Shown here: piece by piece, positions 47,053 through 58,400 of the stretch
Numbering within the stretch: the stretch's first letter is position 1
How the letters are laid out: each line of letters opens with the position of its first letter
Origin: an uncultured bacterium
Lineage (GTDB): Bacteria; Zhuqueibacterota; QNDG01; DTFT01
DNA length: 64,000 nucleotides
Direction: 5' to 3'
NCBI GenBank assembly: GCA_963736115.1
Contig: CAVTNR010000010.1
Coordinates: 32,001 to 96,000 of the forward strand
Position numbers and translations under genes: made by a program
Notes under the pieces: generated by a model
What the model saw: only the letters and a program-made list of their open reading frames with translations
What the model was told of the DNA's origin: nothing
Databases searched by the model: none

Positions 47053-50000
47053 TCACTTGATCACCGCGAATTTGCCGATTTTATTTCCCAGTTTGCCCGC
47101 ATCCACGTGGTACACATAGACGCCGAAGGCGATGGACAGCTGGTCCCGGGTCAGCATGTCCCAGATTTCCGTGCCGTCGCTCAGACTGGGCGTGTCATGT
47201 TCGAGGGTGGCCACCAGCTGACCGCTGGAGCTGTAGATCCGGATCGTGCACACGGGCGGCAGGTGGGTGAAATGGATCTGACGTTCCCCACGCCCGTCCG
47301 CGTACGGATTGGTCGGTTCCCAGCCGTTCGCCACGATGTAGGGATTCGGCACAACCCGGATGTCGTCCAGAGAGGCCTTCGCGGCCGGCAGGTCCAGCGC
47401 CTCTCCGTGCATCGTGAATTCGAACACGTCCCGCGACAGGAAGGGTTTGAACATGCGGATGCGGAGCGTGTCGCCCATGCCGGGCTTTCTGCGGGTGTCG
47501 TCGTCCTGGCTGCGCTTCATGGAGACGGACAGCGCGGGCCGGAGTGTGTCGGCCTCGGAGGGATTCAGGATGAGGATTTCGTCCTGCTTGGTCTTCGAGC
47601 GGGAGAACTCCCCGTCACCGCCGTCGGCGTCCAGGAAGCCGAAGGGCAATCGTTCTCCCGAAACGGCGTCCAGAACCAGAAAATTGACATCCTTGGCCGC
47701 CAGCGCCCGTCCTTTCCGGAAGCAGGGAACCGCGGTGTCGAGCACCGCGGCGCTGTCGCCGAAAATGATGTCGATGTCGCGGGAGATCGGGCTTTCCGCC
47801 TCCAGCCGGTAGAAGTACGGCGCCACGCTCGGAACGAATATTTCCGCGTGGTTGTATTTCGTCCGGGCGGTGTCGATCGCGGATTCGGCCTCATTCCGCA
47901 AGGACAGCTCGAATCCATGGATCATGGGGAGTTTGACCTCCAGACCGGCCGGTTTCAGGCGTCCAACTAGAGTGTCGGGAGAGGCGGGATTCGTCACATC
48001 GACGAGACTGAGGTTCCGGGTGTACACGGTGTCCGGCGCGTTCGCGACGACCGTCATGGTGTCCTCGAACGAGACGCGGTAAATATGACCGTCCCGGACC
48101 GCGGCCGGATCGATCAGTTCCAGCGTCACATCGCCCGAGGTGGTGCCGCCGGGCAGGAGATGCGGAATATCGGCGCGGCTGGGCACAAAGCCCGCGGACG
48201 GGGCCTCCGGACGGACCACGACCACATTGGAGCCTTTTTCCATGACCTCGCCGTTCTGACCGATGGAGATGAATTTGGTGCACTCGGTGGGCGGAATCCT
48301 CTTTTCCGCGTCCCCGTGGTCATAGGCGGTGACGGCGTAGTAATACTGGTACCCGTTCACGGCCGTGGTGTCGGTCCAGGAATGCCGGAGTCCGGTGTCA
48401 TTTCCCAGATCAAACAGAATCCCCTTCACATCGACCGTGGCGTACCCGCTGATTCCATTTTTCAGATCAAACTGGGCAACGGGTTTGCGGTAGGCGTAGG
48501 ACCCCTGGCCGTCCGTGATCTGGGCCATGTCTCTCCAGGCCGCGTCCGTGGAGCGGTAGATCCGGTATCCTTCGAAATCCTTTCCCGTGATGGGGTCTTC
48601 CGAATCCTCCGCCCAATCGTCCCAGAACAGCGTGACGCGGTTGTTTCCACGCACCGCCTGAAGGGTCGGAATGTTCGGCGCGCGGGAGAAGTTGTAATTC
48701 TCGGCGTACGCCGTGTTCATCCAATGCTTGTTGACGGTCAGTTCGTCCAATGTAACCGCGAGCACGAGACCCATGGAAAACCTCTCGACTTCGCCCGGGG
48801 CCAGCGGGAAATAGCCGGATCCCCAGAAGAGCTCGACATTGACGTTTTCGAGTCTTCCGTCCAGTTTTCCCGGCCGGCATTTTTCCCATGTGGCCTCATC
48901 GTCATCGTGGGCATACGTCGCCCAATCGTAGAGGTTGAAGCTGGTCAGACCCAGCATGTCCGTTTCGTGGATGTCGGTCTTGTCGAAATGGGGTTCTCCG
49001 GCGGTCGGCCTTCCGTCCTTTTCGCCCGGGTCGCTCGTGAAGGGCGCGCCGTCCTGGCCGAGGTCGTCCAGCGTGACGTCCCAGTCGCCGTCGTTGTCGA
49101 TGCTGTCGTCCCGCTGCTCGTCGATGAGCGGGTTGTCCCGGCCTTCGCCCGTGAAGTAATCGATGTATTTGAGGCCGGTGTACAGGTAACGATGGCTCAC
49201 GTTCGGCGGGGCTCCGAACCGGGTGCCGTTGTTTTCATCGATCAGTCCGTTCAGGTTGTCGTCTATAAGGTTGTTCTCGACTTCCTCGCGCTTATATCCC
49301 GGATAGATCTTGATGACCTGGTCCTCGTAATGGATCAGAAGCGTGTCATCCGGCATGGTCACCTGGGTGCGCCCGAAGGTCCTGTAGTCGATGAGGATGA
49401 TCGGGTCGCCGGCCAACAGCACCTTCGCCCGGAACATCGCCTCGGTGATGACGGGGCCGCTGCCGTTCACGCCGTCGCCGTCATTATCGATGCCGTCCAC
49501 CGGGTTGCCCGGGCTTTCGAGGAACGCGCCCCCGATGTAACCCACGGGCGAATAGCCCCCGCCGCCGATATTGTCATTGTCCCACATGTACGCCATGTCC
49601 TCCGCCAGGTCATAGGCGCCGCAATCATCGCCCGAATCGCCCGCGGTCGACGTATCGCCGATATTGTTGCCGATCTTGTACCCGAAGGCCATTTTATCGT
49701 GATGATAGGTGCCGATGTTCTCAATGTCAAACAGCAGAAACAGGACATTCTGCACCAGCAGGTTGGACCATTGAAAGCTCCGGACCCACATGCGCATGCC
49801 CAGACCCTTCCGGCTGAGGTCGCGGCTGTCCGGGAAGAAGTTGAATTCCTTCTTGTTATAATCATCGGACACGAAAAAAGCCTCTTCGTCCGCGTTCAAC
49901 TGGCCCTTGCCGAAATAGCCGTTCCACTTGCCTCCCCAGCCCGGATCCACCGGGTCGTCCGACCTGTCAGGCCAGTAAGCCGGCCAGGAGGCCGGCCATT

Positions 50001-50463
50001 TGCTCATGGCGAGAGAGTCGCCGGGGTGTTTGGCGAAGCCGGGCAGGGGCAGGAATGTCCACCATTCGCCCGTGACGGGATCGGCGTCTCCCCTGGAATA
50101 ATTGCCGGAACTCGTCGGCAGGGAAGGATCCCCGTTGCTCTGTACCGTGGAATTGATGTGCTTCATTTCGCCGTTGGCGTCGATCACCTCGGAAACCACG
50201 AATTCGTCGCCGTCGATGAGCCACAAATGGCCCGAATTGATCGGCCATTCGCCCGCGATGGCGTCGGACGACCCGCTCGGATGGGACGCGTTGGTTCCGT
50301 AGGTGCCGTCGTTGAAGAAGGTGGTGCGGATCTGATTCCCCGCATGCAAGCCCATTTTCATGTACTGAAAATCGCCGTGCAAACCCTCCATCGCCGATTG
50401 GGCCGACAGCATGGGTGCCAGACCCATGAACAGAATGCCAGCCAGTGCGGATTTAAGTTTCAT
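47053..50463 (-). CDS. Large secreted protein (Ca-binding DxDGD repeats, FN3-like, C-terminal sorting domain)
   Basis: Signal peptide; FLESPG..DGIDNDGDG, DFEGYRIYRS, YYYAVTAYD.G; C-terminal IRVVPNPY...GVY.YHV...GKFAVIK. Confidence 0.8.
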   Translation of the reverse strand: MKLKSALAGILFMGLAPMLSAQSAMEGLHGDFQYMKMGLHAGNQIRTTFFNDGTYGTNASHPSGSSDAIAGEWPINSGHLWLIDGDEFVVSEVIDANGEMKHINSTVQSNGDPSLPTSSGNYSRGDADPVTGEWWTFLPLPGFAKHPGDSLAMSKWPASWPAYWPDRSDDPVDPGWGGKWNGYFGKGQLNADEEAFFVSDDYNKKEFNFFPDSRDLSRKGLGMRMWVRSFQWSNLLVQNVLFLLFDIENIGTYHHDKMAFGYKIGNNIGDTSTAGDSGDDCGAYDLAEDMAYMWDNDNIGGGGYSPVGYIGGAFLESPGNPVDGIDNDGDGVNGSGPVITEAMFRAKVLLAGDPIILIDYRTFGRTQVTMPDDTLLIHYEDQVIKIYPGYKREEVENNLIDDNLNGLIDENNGTRFGAPPNVSHRYLYTGLKYIDYFTGEGRDNPLIDEQRDDSIDNDGDWDVTLDDLGQDGAPFTSDPGEKDGRPTAGEPHFDKTDIHETDMLGLTSFNLYDWATYAHDDDEATWEKCRPGKLDGRLENVNVELFWGSGYFPLAPGEVERFSMGLVLAVTLDELTVNKHWMNTAYAENYNFSRAPNIPTLQAVRGNNRVTLFWDDWAEDSEDPITGKDFEGYRIYRSTDAAWRDMAQITDGQGSYAYRKPVAQFDLKNGISGYATVDVKGILFDLGNDTGLRHSWTDTTAVNGYQYYYAVTAYDHGDAEKRIPPTECTKFISIGQNGEVMEKGSNVVVVRPEAPSAGFVPSRADIPHLLPGGTTSGDVTLELIDPAAVRDGHIYRVSFEDTMTVVANAPDTVYTRNLSLVDVTNPASPDTLVGRLKPAGLEVKLPMIHGFELSLRNEAESAIDTARTKYNHAEIFVPSVAPYFYRLEAESPISRDIDIIFGDSAAVLDTAVPCFRKGRALAAKDVNFLVLDAVSGERLPFGFLDADGGDGEFSRSKTKQDEILILNPSEADTLRPALSVSMKRSQDDDTRRKPGMGDTLRIRMFKPFLSRDVFEFTMHGEALDLPAAKASLDDIRVVPNPYIVANGWEPTNPYADGRGERQIHFTHLPPVCTIRIYSSSGQLVATLEHDTPSLSDGTEIWDMLTRDQLSIAFGVYVYHVDAGKLGNKIGKFAVIK

Positions 50464-50482
50464 GGTCTGCTCCTTGCCCTTG

Positions 50483-53437
50483 TTAAAATCCGACCGACAA
50501 ACCGGCCTGAACCTGGCGCGGCGCCGAATACCAGCTCGGCTGTTTGGCCCATTCCTCAACCGTGCCGATCCGCGAGGCGACGTATCCCTGCTTCTCCGGA
50601 TCGATGGTGGAGGTGACGTCCGCCTTTTCCGTGTCGCCGTATACGCTCAGCGCGTCGCGGAAATCGAGGAGATTGTACACGTTGACGAACGCGTTCATCC
50701 GGAGCTTTCCGACCGTGATCCCGCGGTTCACGGTCAGGTCGATGTTCCGCCGCATGGGCGTGTATTCGCTGTTCTGCAGGAGGCCTTTGGAGGCGGCGCT
50801 GCCGAACACTTCCCCGGAGGGGAACGAGGGGGTATACGGCGTGCCGCTGGTCAACTGCCCGATCGCCGAGAACAGCCACTGCCCGAGCTGATAACGGACC
50901 AGCGCGTTCAGGGTATGCGGCTGGTCGAAGCCCATCGGGATCAGCGCGAGCCGCTTCTGCTCGTGGTTGGCGTAGGCGGTGTAGGCGTCGGTCGGGCTGG
51001 TGTAGGTGCCCTCCGCCTTCTGGTAGGTGTAATCCACCCTCACTGACCAATTCCTGGACATCCGCTTGTCAAGCTTCACCGTGACACCACGGACATTTTC
51101 ATAGTCCAGATTCATGAACATCACGTACTGGACGGCGGGGTTGACCGTCGGCTGGAGCGGTGTCTGGCCGACCCAGTCGCGCACGTCGCGGTAGAACAGC
51201 GATATGTCCACGCCCAGATCGTTCGACAGCTGCTGCTGCAGGCCGATCTCATACTGAACCGTCCGCTGGGGTTTGAGTTCCGCGTTCGACAGGGTGAAGT
51301 TGCCGCCGCCCATGCCCAGCTTGAAGTCGGGGCTGCTGTACAGATACTGGAAATCGGGGATCTGGAAGAAATGACCGTAGGAAAAGTGGATCACGCCGCG
51401 GTCGGTGATGGGGAAAGACAATCCCAGACGCGGGCTGACCGCGTAGCTGGCCTCGGCCTTCTTCTCCATGAGCGCCCTGCGCTCGGCCACGGAGAGCGAA
51501 TCCGTCGTGCCCGGCCGGAAAGTGTGCTCCGGTTTCATGGGCGTGTAAATGCTCGGGTCCGTCGGATCGGCCGGGACCACGCCTTTGGAGTCGAAATAAT
51601 CGAACCGGAGGCCGAGGTTGACGATCAGATCCTTGAGCTCGATCTTGTCCTGGGCATAGGCCGAAAACTCGAAGGGATTCCGGGTGTAGAGCAGCCGCTG
51701 CACGCTCGAAACGCCCGGAACGTCCGGTTCGAACGGGATGACGGCCTCGCTCGTCCCCGGAACGGTTTTGGGCGTGATCGTGTAGGAATCGAGCGTCAAC
51801 TCATGAAACCGGGCCTCGACGCCCGACTTGATCTGGTGGACCCGGTTGATCTGGCTGGTCAGGTCCAATTTTCCGACCCAGTAAGCGGTGCTCCGCTCGT
51901 AATGGTTCATCAGATTGCCGCTTTTATTGAAACTGTAGCTGGTCGGCGCCGAATTGGAATCGGGGCTGACGTACCCGCTCGGGCCGGCTGGATCAGGGAT
52001 AAAATCGTAAGTCCGCCTGTCGGACCGGATGGCCTGTAACCGGGCCTGGCCTTCAGCCGTGTTCGGATCGAATTCGAAACCCGTCAAACCGGCATCGGCA
52101 TCGGGATACACGCGAACGAAGTAATTCGGCTTCGTGGTGGGATCCTCAAAGAGGAATTGCCTGTATTCGTTGTAGAAATGGTTGACCCGCAGTTCATAAA
52201 AAGTTTTAGCCGAGAGCATGTGGTTCAGCTCCAGGATGTGCGTCAAGCCGGTACCCTTCTGCTGGGGGATGCCGTCCGGCGCATAGGTGTACGCCTTGTT
52301 GTAAATCCGGTCATTGTTCCAGCGGTTCCCGAACACGTTGTATTTGACGGTGATGTTCCGGCTGAGCCGGTAGACCAGTTTCCCCTGGAGGCTGACCCGC
52401 TCGTAGGGATTCATGGAGACGAGCGAACTGTCTCCGGCTGTGCCGGCCGGCGTGAACCACTTCCGGCCGTAGAGATATCCCTCGTTCGAAAAGAAGCGGC
52501 CGTTGACGAAAAACGACAGTTTGTCCCCGGCGAAGGGAACCGGACCATTCAGGTTGGCTTCGAAATTATAAACGGGATTGAAACGCTTCAGCGGATTTTC
52601 CGTCACGCCGTCCGCGCGCAGGACACCCCGCGCGTCGGAAACGACGTTGACCCGCTTCAACAGGGAGAATTGTTCGCCGCCGCCGAGATAGTCCCCCACG
52701 TATCCGCTCACGTCCCCCGTCAGCTTGTTCCCGCCCTCCTTGGTGATGACCTTCACGATGCCGGACATGGCCTGCCCGTACTCGGCGTTGAACGTGCCGC
52801 TGACCACCTGCAGCTCCTGGATAGCCGAATTTTCGACCGTGACGCCGCTCGATCCGTTGAACACGTCCGTGGTGGATACGCCGTCCACCCAGTACGCGAT
52901 CTCGCTCGAACGGCCGCCGCGGATATGCACCTGTCCGCCGGTTCTCACGACACCGGCCTGCAGCGCCAGAATGTCCTCCATGCTCTGCACGGGCAGGTCC
53001 CGGATCTCATCGGCACCCACGCTGGACAGCGACGACGTCATGTCTTTCCGGACCAGGGGCCGTTCGGCCGTTACCGTGACCGCCTCTCCGGATTCAATCA
53101 CCGCAGGCGATAGTTCAGCGTCGCAGGCCGCGGTCATGTCGATGGACACCCGGAGATCCTCGGTCACCCGGGTCTGATACCCCATCATGCTGATCCGGAC
53201 GCTGACCATGCCGGGCGGCACGTTGAGGATCATGTAATAGCCGTCCATGTCGGTCACCGCGCCGGCGGAAGTGCCGACGACCAGCACGTTGGCTCCGATC
53301 AACGGCTGCCGGGTGGAGCGGTCGACCACGGTGCCCGCGATCTTGCCGGTGGTGCCCGCGGCCAGACGGCCCGCGACCGAGATCAGGCAGACCCCGAGGA
53401 TCGCCGCAACAATCCGGAGCTGGCGGTTACGCTTCAT
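50483..53437 (-). CDS. TonB-dependent receptor with N-terminal carboxypeptidase-regulatory-like domain
   Basis: GKIAG.V.D....PL.GANV, plug IRGGR..E..Y.VDG, GTFNAEYG.A.SG.V; terminal PR.V..G.S..F. Confidence 0.93.
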   Translation of the reverse strand: MKRNRQLRIVAAILGVCLISVAGRLAAGTTGKIAGTVVDRSTRQPLIGANVLVVGTSAGAVTDMDGYYMILNVPPGMVSVRISMMGYQTRVTEDLRVSIDMTAACDAELSPAVIESGEAVTVTAERPLVRKDMTSSLSSVGADEIRDLPVQSMEDILALQAGVVRTGGQVHIRGGRSSEIAYWVDGVSTTDVFNGSSGVTVENSAIQELQVVSGTFNAEYGQAMSGIVKVITKEGGNKLTGDVSGYVGDYLGGGEQFSLLKRVNVVSDARGVLRADGVTENPLKRFNPVYNFEANLNGPVPFAGDKLSFFVNGRFFSNEGYLYGRKWFTPAGTAGDSSLVSMNPYERVSLQGKLVYRLSRNITVKYNVFGNRWNNDRIYNKAYTYAPDGIPQQKGTGLTHILELNHMLSAKTFYELRVNHFYNEYRQFLFEDPTTKPNYFVRVYPDADAGLTGFEFDPNTAEGQARLQAIRSDRRTYDFIPDPAGPSGYVSPDSNSAPTSYSFNKSGNLMNHYERSTAYWVGKLDLTSQINRVHQIKSGVEARFHELTLDSYTITPKTVPGTSEAVIPFEPDVPGVSSVQRLLYTRNPFEFSAYAQDKIELKDLIVNLGLRFDYFDSKGVVPADPTDPSIYTPMKPEHTFRPGTTDSLSVAERRALMEKKAEASYAVSPRLGLSFPITDRGVIHFSYGHFFQIPDFQYLYSSPDFKLGMGGGNFTLSNAELKPQRTVQYEIGLQQQLSNDLGVDISLFYRDVRDWVGQTPLQPTVNPAVQYVMFMNLDYENVRGVTVKLDKRMSRNWSVRVDYTYQKAEGTYTSPTDAYTAYANHEQKRLALIPMGFDQPHTLNALVRYQLGQWLFSAIGQLTSGTPYTPSFPSGEVFGSAASKGLLQNSEYTPMRRNIDLTVNRGITVGKLRMNAFVNVYNLLDFRDALSVYGDTEKADVTSTIDPEKQGYVASRIGTVEEWAKQPSWYSAPRQVQAGLSVGF

Positions 53438-53936
53438 AGCCTGACTCCTCTGCTTTAAGGTGTTTGGCATAACGCACTGGTTCAGAAAAATGCATGGAAT
53501 CCGGAAATCGGATTCTTCGAGAACGCGATTTTTTTCGAATGAGACACACGAGGGAGGAAACCACTTCCACTCAACGGGACCGTATCAGGCCGGCCATTCG
53601 TTCCGACAGGCGGGTCCATCAGGGAAGACCGCCCGCCGTCCGGAATCAGTCAGCGGGAAAACCCGCGTTTTCCGCAATCGCCTCCGGATTCCGTTCACTT
53701 CCGCGGATGAAGCGGATCAGAAACGAAACAGCGGCGCACGTCACAAATGACTGATTCGTACGCCGCTGTTCCGTTTCATCGGCTTGTTCCACCCGGGTTC
53801 TCGGGCGGTATGCCGGACCGCGATCCGCACGGCCCAATGGATTTGACCGAAACCTCGAACCGTCCGCGATAGCGGTTTCCCGGTCACCCGGCCAGCCACT
53901 TGTGACGCACTTCGAAGGTGCGTCGCAAGCAGATGC

Positions 53937-54965
53937 CTACTTCATCAACATCATCTTCTGCGTCAGGGTCTGCCTGCCGTCGATCTGCATCCTGCACATA
54001 TACATCCCGCCCGCGAGATTCGAAGCGTCGAATTGAACGCTGTGCTGACCCGCATCCCGGACTTCATCGAGGAGTGCGGCCGCCTGACGGCCGAGCATGT
54101 CGAATACATCGATCGTGACTCTGGATCTTTTATTGAGATTGAAGGGAATGGTCGTCCCGGGGTTGAACGGATTCGGATAGTTCTGTAGAAGGCCGAATCC
54201 CGCGGGAAGATCGGCGAAGGGTTGATCGTCAACGCCGACGGTGGGATCCTGCAGGGAGAGAAAATCGACCTCTTCGGCGCTCAGGGCTTTGTTGAAGATG
54301 TTGCACTCGTAAATGAACCCCCTCCACGTGGCATCGCCGTCGTAGCCGCTCTTGGCCAGGTAGCAGAACAGCGGCTCCAGCGCGTCGATGGTGTTGGTCG
54401 AGGCGAGGTCGGTCCGGCCCGTTTCCACGCCGTCGACGAACAGGGCGATCTGCGATTCGTTGATGGTGGCCACCATGTGATGCAGATTGCTGTCGTCGTA
54501 TTCCGGCCCGTCCGCGCCGGTTTCACCCTGATAGGGCGTGTCCGCCCAGCACGAAATGGCGGCTCGGCTCTTGTCGTCCCCTCTGACGGGAGTCAGAAAG
54601 AAGCCGTTGTACCCCATGCCGTTCTTCGATCCCCCGAAATAGAAGAACATGTGATAGCTGGCGTTCATGCCTTCAAAGGGCAGGAACCAGATCTCGACGG
54701 AAAACTCGGTGAGGGAGTTGAGTCCGACCGCTTCGGCATCCATTTCCATGTACTGGCCCAGATCGGCCGTGACCAGCGCGCCGTCCTCGACGATCGCATC
54801 TCCCTGGAGGATGCCGTGCGCGTCGCCCACTGCGTCATTGGCGGTTCCGTCGTCGAATGTCCAGGAGTGAATGAGATTTTCGGTGCCCGGATCGACGCCC
54901 TGGGCCGAGGCGCCGATCGCCAGCATCATCAGACACGGCAGCAGGAACAATAGCATTCGTTTCAT
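53937..54965 (-). CDS. Secreted LamG-like jellyroll protein with T9SS-type C-terminal domain
   Basis: HSWTFDDG.A.D, HH.VAT......LFVDG, G.I.E..IFNKALS.EEV; QNYPNPFNP. Confidence 0.82.
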   Translation of the reverse strand: MKRMLLFLLPCLMMLAIGASAQGVDPGTENLIHSWTFDDGTANDAVGDAHGILQGDAIVEDGALVTADLGQYMEMDAEAVGLNSLTEFSVEIWFLPFEGMNASYHMFFYFGGSKNGMGYNGFFLTPVRGDDKSRAAISCWADTPYQGETGADGPEYDDSNLHHMVATINESQIALFVDGVETGRTDLASTNTIDALEPLFCYLAKSGYDGDATWRGFIYECNIFNKALSAEEVDFLSLQDPTVGVDDQPFADLPAGFGLLQNYPNPFNPGTTIPFNLNKRSRVTIDVFDMLGRQAAALLDEVRDAGQHSVQFDASNLAGGMYMCRMQIDGRQTLTQKMMLMK

Positions 54966-55461
54966 CTTTTTGCCTCCTCTTCCTGTGGATAATGGATGTT
55001 CAAGGGATAATTAGCGTACTTATTTTATGGATGGAAATCAAGCCACTTATTTCCTTTTTATAACCAGATTGCGCAAATCCTGCCGCGCCGCAGCCTCCGG
55101 CCGGGCCGTTTCTGCGCATCAGTACATTGGGCGGGAGTGCCGCCTGAAAATGCGGGAATCGGTATTTTTTTCCAATTCGGGAGGATTTGCGGGTTTTACA
55201 GCCGCGCCGGACCGCACGCGGTCGCGGGGAACGGATCCGGGGCTTACACCACTTGTGTACTTTTCAATTACCATATTGCCCAAATACAGACCGCCGCGTA
55301 AAAACCGGCATTTTCTTCGTTTCTGCCGGCACCACAACAGGTTCCGCCTGAACCCCGAAAATCCGGTCCGTTCTCGAGTCCCGGCTTCGGTCATCGACAG
55401 CCGGATTCTCCGCGGAGCCGGCATCCCCAGTCTATGCCCCCCCCTTGAAAATCAATAGAAC

Positions 55462-58400
55462 TTACTGTATATAAAGTAGTTTCCGGACAGTCGAGAATCC
55501 GTCGGAAGCAGTCAGTCTGCAAAAGTAGACGCCGCTGGCCAGACCAGAAGCGTCCCATTGGAAAGAATGCACGCCGGGTTCAAAATCCCGTGAAACCAGT
55601 GCGGCCGCCTCACGGCCCAGAATGTCATACACTTTAATCGTAATGGACGCGGGCCTGGGCACATGAAATACAAGGGTCGTCATAGCATTGAACGGATTCG
55701 GGAAATTCTGCGCCAGCCTGAATTCAATCGGAGCCGCCGGACGCCCCGGTTCCGTTACCGAGACGGGGATGTTGTCATGACCGGGATTTCCGTGAATACC
55801 GGCCGAGGCCGTCCAGTTTCCCGCGTCCTCCGGATCCCCGGATGGATCCGGCTCCCGCGGCACGAGCGAAAACCCGTCTCCGTCCGCCGAACGGGGCCAC
55901 GGATACCGGTCATTGTACCGAATCCGGAGGATCGTGTCCCCCGATGCCGCGCTCAGCGCGATTGTTTCTCCGCTGTTGTCCAATTGCCCCTCATATTCGC
56001 CGAAAGCCTGGAATCCGTACCGGCCGGAGAAGGCATTGCGGTTGGAGGCCAGCACGATGAAGTTTTCCGGGCCGATCGCCGTTTGGACCGGGAACTCGAA
56101 AGAAACACCCGCCGAAAAAAACATCCCGGACAAATCCAGCGTTTCATGTCCGATATTCTTGAACTCGATGAACTCATATTCCCCGCTCTCGTTCGCGGTG
56201 TCTCCCAGGGGGTGGTAGTGCAGTTCGGTGATCCGGAGGTTTTCCGTGCCGTTCAAAATCCGGAATTCCGCTTCCTGACCGGCGCTCCAGTCCATTCCGT
56301 CCAGCACGCGCGCCCGGACGCAGGTTGTTTGATGGATCACCAGCGGTTCCGTGTACAAGCGCGCCTTTTCGGACAATCGGGCCGGGTTCGATGAAACGCC
56401 CGCCGTCAGCTCCGCCCCGATCAGAAAATCGGAACTGTTTGCCCCGTTATTCAGGCCCTGGATTGCCAGCAGATTCAAGCCGGGCACCAGCAGATCGACG
56501 AATCCGGAGACGTCGAAAGGCTCCCATGCCTCGGCTTCGTGGTCCGCGGTGGCCGCGGCATTCCACGCCGGACCGGCCGGCGCGTTGGCTTCGGCGACCT
56601 TCACACCGTTCAGCCAGGCCGCAAAACCGTCGTCGTAACGCATCCGGAGGGTCAGGACATTGAGGCTGTCGATCCATGACGGCTCCGCGGAAAAGGGTAT
56701 CCTCACGCAGCAGCTGGTTCTCTTCTGAACCATCTCGGCGGCCACGTTGATGCCGATCGTGTTTTCATACCCCTGCCCCCTTTCGTATCCCACATTTCCG
56801 GAGCCGGATCGCCACGCCGAATCGTCGAATCCCGCGGACAGCCTCCAGCCGGCCGAGACCGCCGCCTGGGGAACGATCACCTTTTTAGACGCGCTTTCCG
56901 CGATGAGCGCCGTCATCCGGGTCTCCGCGTCCAGGGGCAGAACCGGATCGGTCCCGTCCGTCGTGTAATGTATCTGACCTCGCGGCGCAGTCATCGCGAG
57001 TTGAAATCCCGGTTGAACCCGCCGGCTTTCCGAGCTGAATTCCGGCGGTTGGACCCGCGAAACCCATCCCCTGGCCCGCAATTGGCCCAGTACGCGTTCC
57101 GTGCGATCCGGAAAAAACTGTTCGAGGATACGGTTGATCTCCGGAAGCCAGGCATTGTCGCGCGTAAAGGCGGGTTCGCGCTTGGAATCGCCCCAGCGTG
57201 CGGATTCCGCGATGATGGCCAGATCGATCATTTTCTTCCGGGCCAGGAATCGATCGATATTCGCCTGAGGTGTCAGCGCGCCGCCGTTGAAAAAATGCCT
57301 GTGGACGCGATCGGCGAACCGGGACCGGTAAAGGGGATTCTCGCAGAGTTTCTGATGGAACCACTGCGGGTTCGATTCCAGAAAAACGGATCCGCCGGGA
57401 AACGGCCCGGTCCGATCGTCTCCGAAAGACTGCGCGCCCAGCGTGTGCTCCGCATCATGCCGGATGAAGATAAAACCCCGGTTTTTTTCCCGGTGATTGT
57501 AAATGGCATAAAAATTATTGGGCTCCTGATTGTTGCGAAATCCGGAAACCGGGCCATCCGCCTCGCCGGTGATGAAAATAGTCAGCATGAAATCGATCAG
57601 ATCGTCCACGTCCAGCAGAACCTCGTATTCCGGGTTCCGCGTGCCGTCCGGATTCAGACCCTGCACGTGATGGTAGGCCTCGGTCGTCGCGAAACCCGCC
57701 ATGGAGGCTTCCCACAGCCGCCTCCAGGCGTCCAGGGTTCCGTCTGTGGCTTCGATGTCGAAAGCGCCCATATACCCGGCATCGACCTTGATCACGTCGT
57801 AGTCCTCCGGGTCGCCGCCGAAATAGGAAGCCGCGTACGAAGCCTCCGGACGCTCCTCGGTTTCATACAGCCCCCAGTAGGTGCCGTTGATATACAGATG
57901 GGCGGCCCGGCTTCGCGTATAGGGCCGGCCCATGTCGCGCTGCATGTCCCTGCAAAAGACGTCGCGGATCATCGTGTTTTTACTCGGGTCTTCCGCGCCG
58001 TAGCTCCAGGAATAATTCATGGCCGTGCGCAGATCCACGTTGTCGAATGCGTCGACGCCTTCGTCGCCGAACAGGGGAACCTTCAGTTTGCCTTCGCCGT
58101 ATTCCTGACGAAAAAACCAGCGGAAGGCGCGTTTGGGATTGGTGTTGTTCCGGCTCCATCCGCCCCGGATGCGCACGCCGCAATTGATCTGAAAGCCGTC
58201 CGTTCCGTCCGGATGAATCAATTCGACTGAGCACGGACGCTCCCATTCCCTGCCGTGTTCCAGCGCATTGACGTAGATTCCGGTCCGCGGGTCGAAAAGA
58301 TCCTTCAAATCCATGACCATGGAAAACGTGGGAAGTTCGGTCAGCGCCGCGACGATTTTATCCTTGTACAGACCGCTGTTGCAGACTTCCGGATCCATTC

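Noticed and set aside
48085-50616. 843-aa + strand ORF
   Set aside because: Antisense shadow of the large secreted protein.
53440-53935. Riboswitch in the long TBDR leader
   Set aside because: Hairpins are present (about 53720-53777 and 53899-53929), but I could not find cobalamin, TPP or other consensus motifs.
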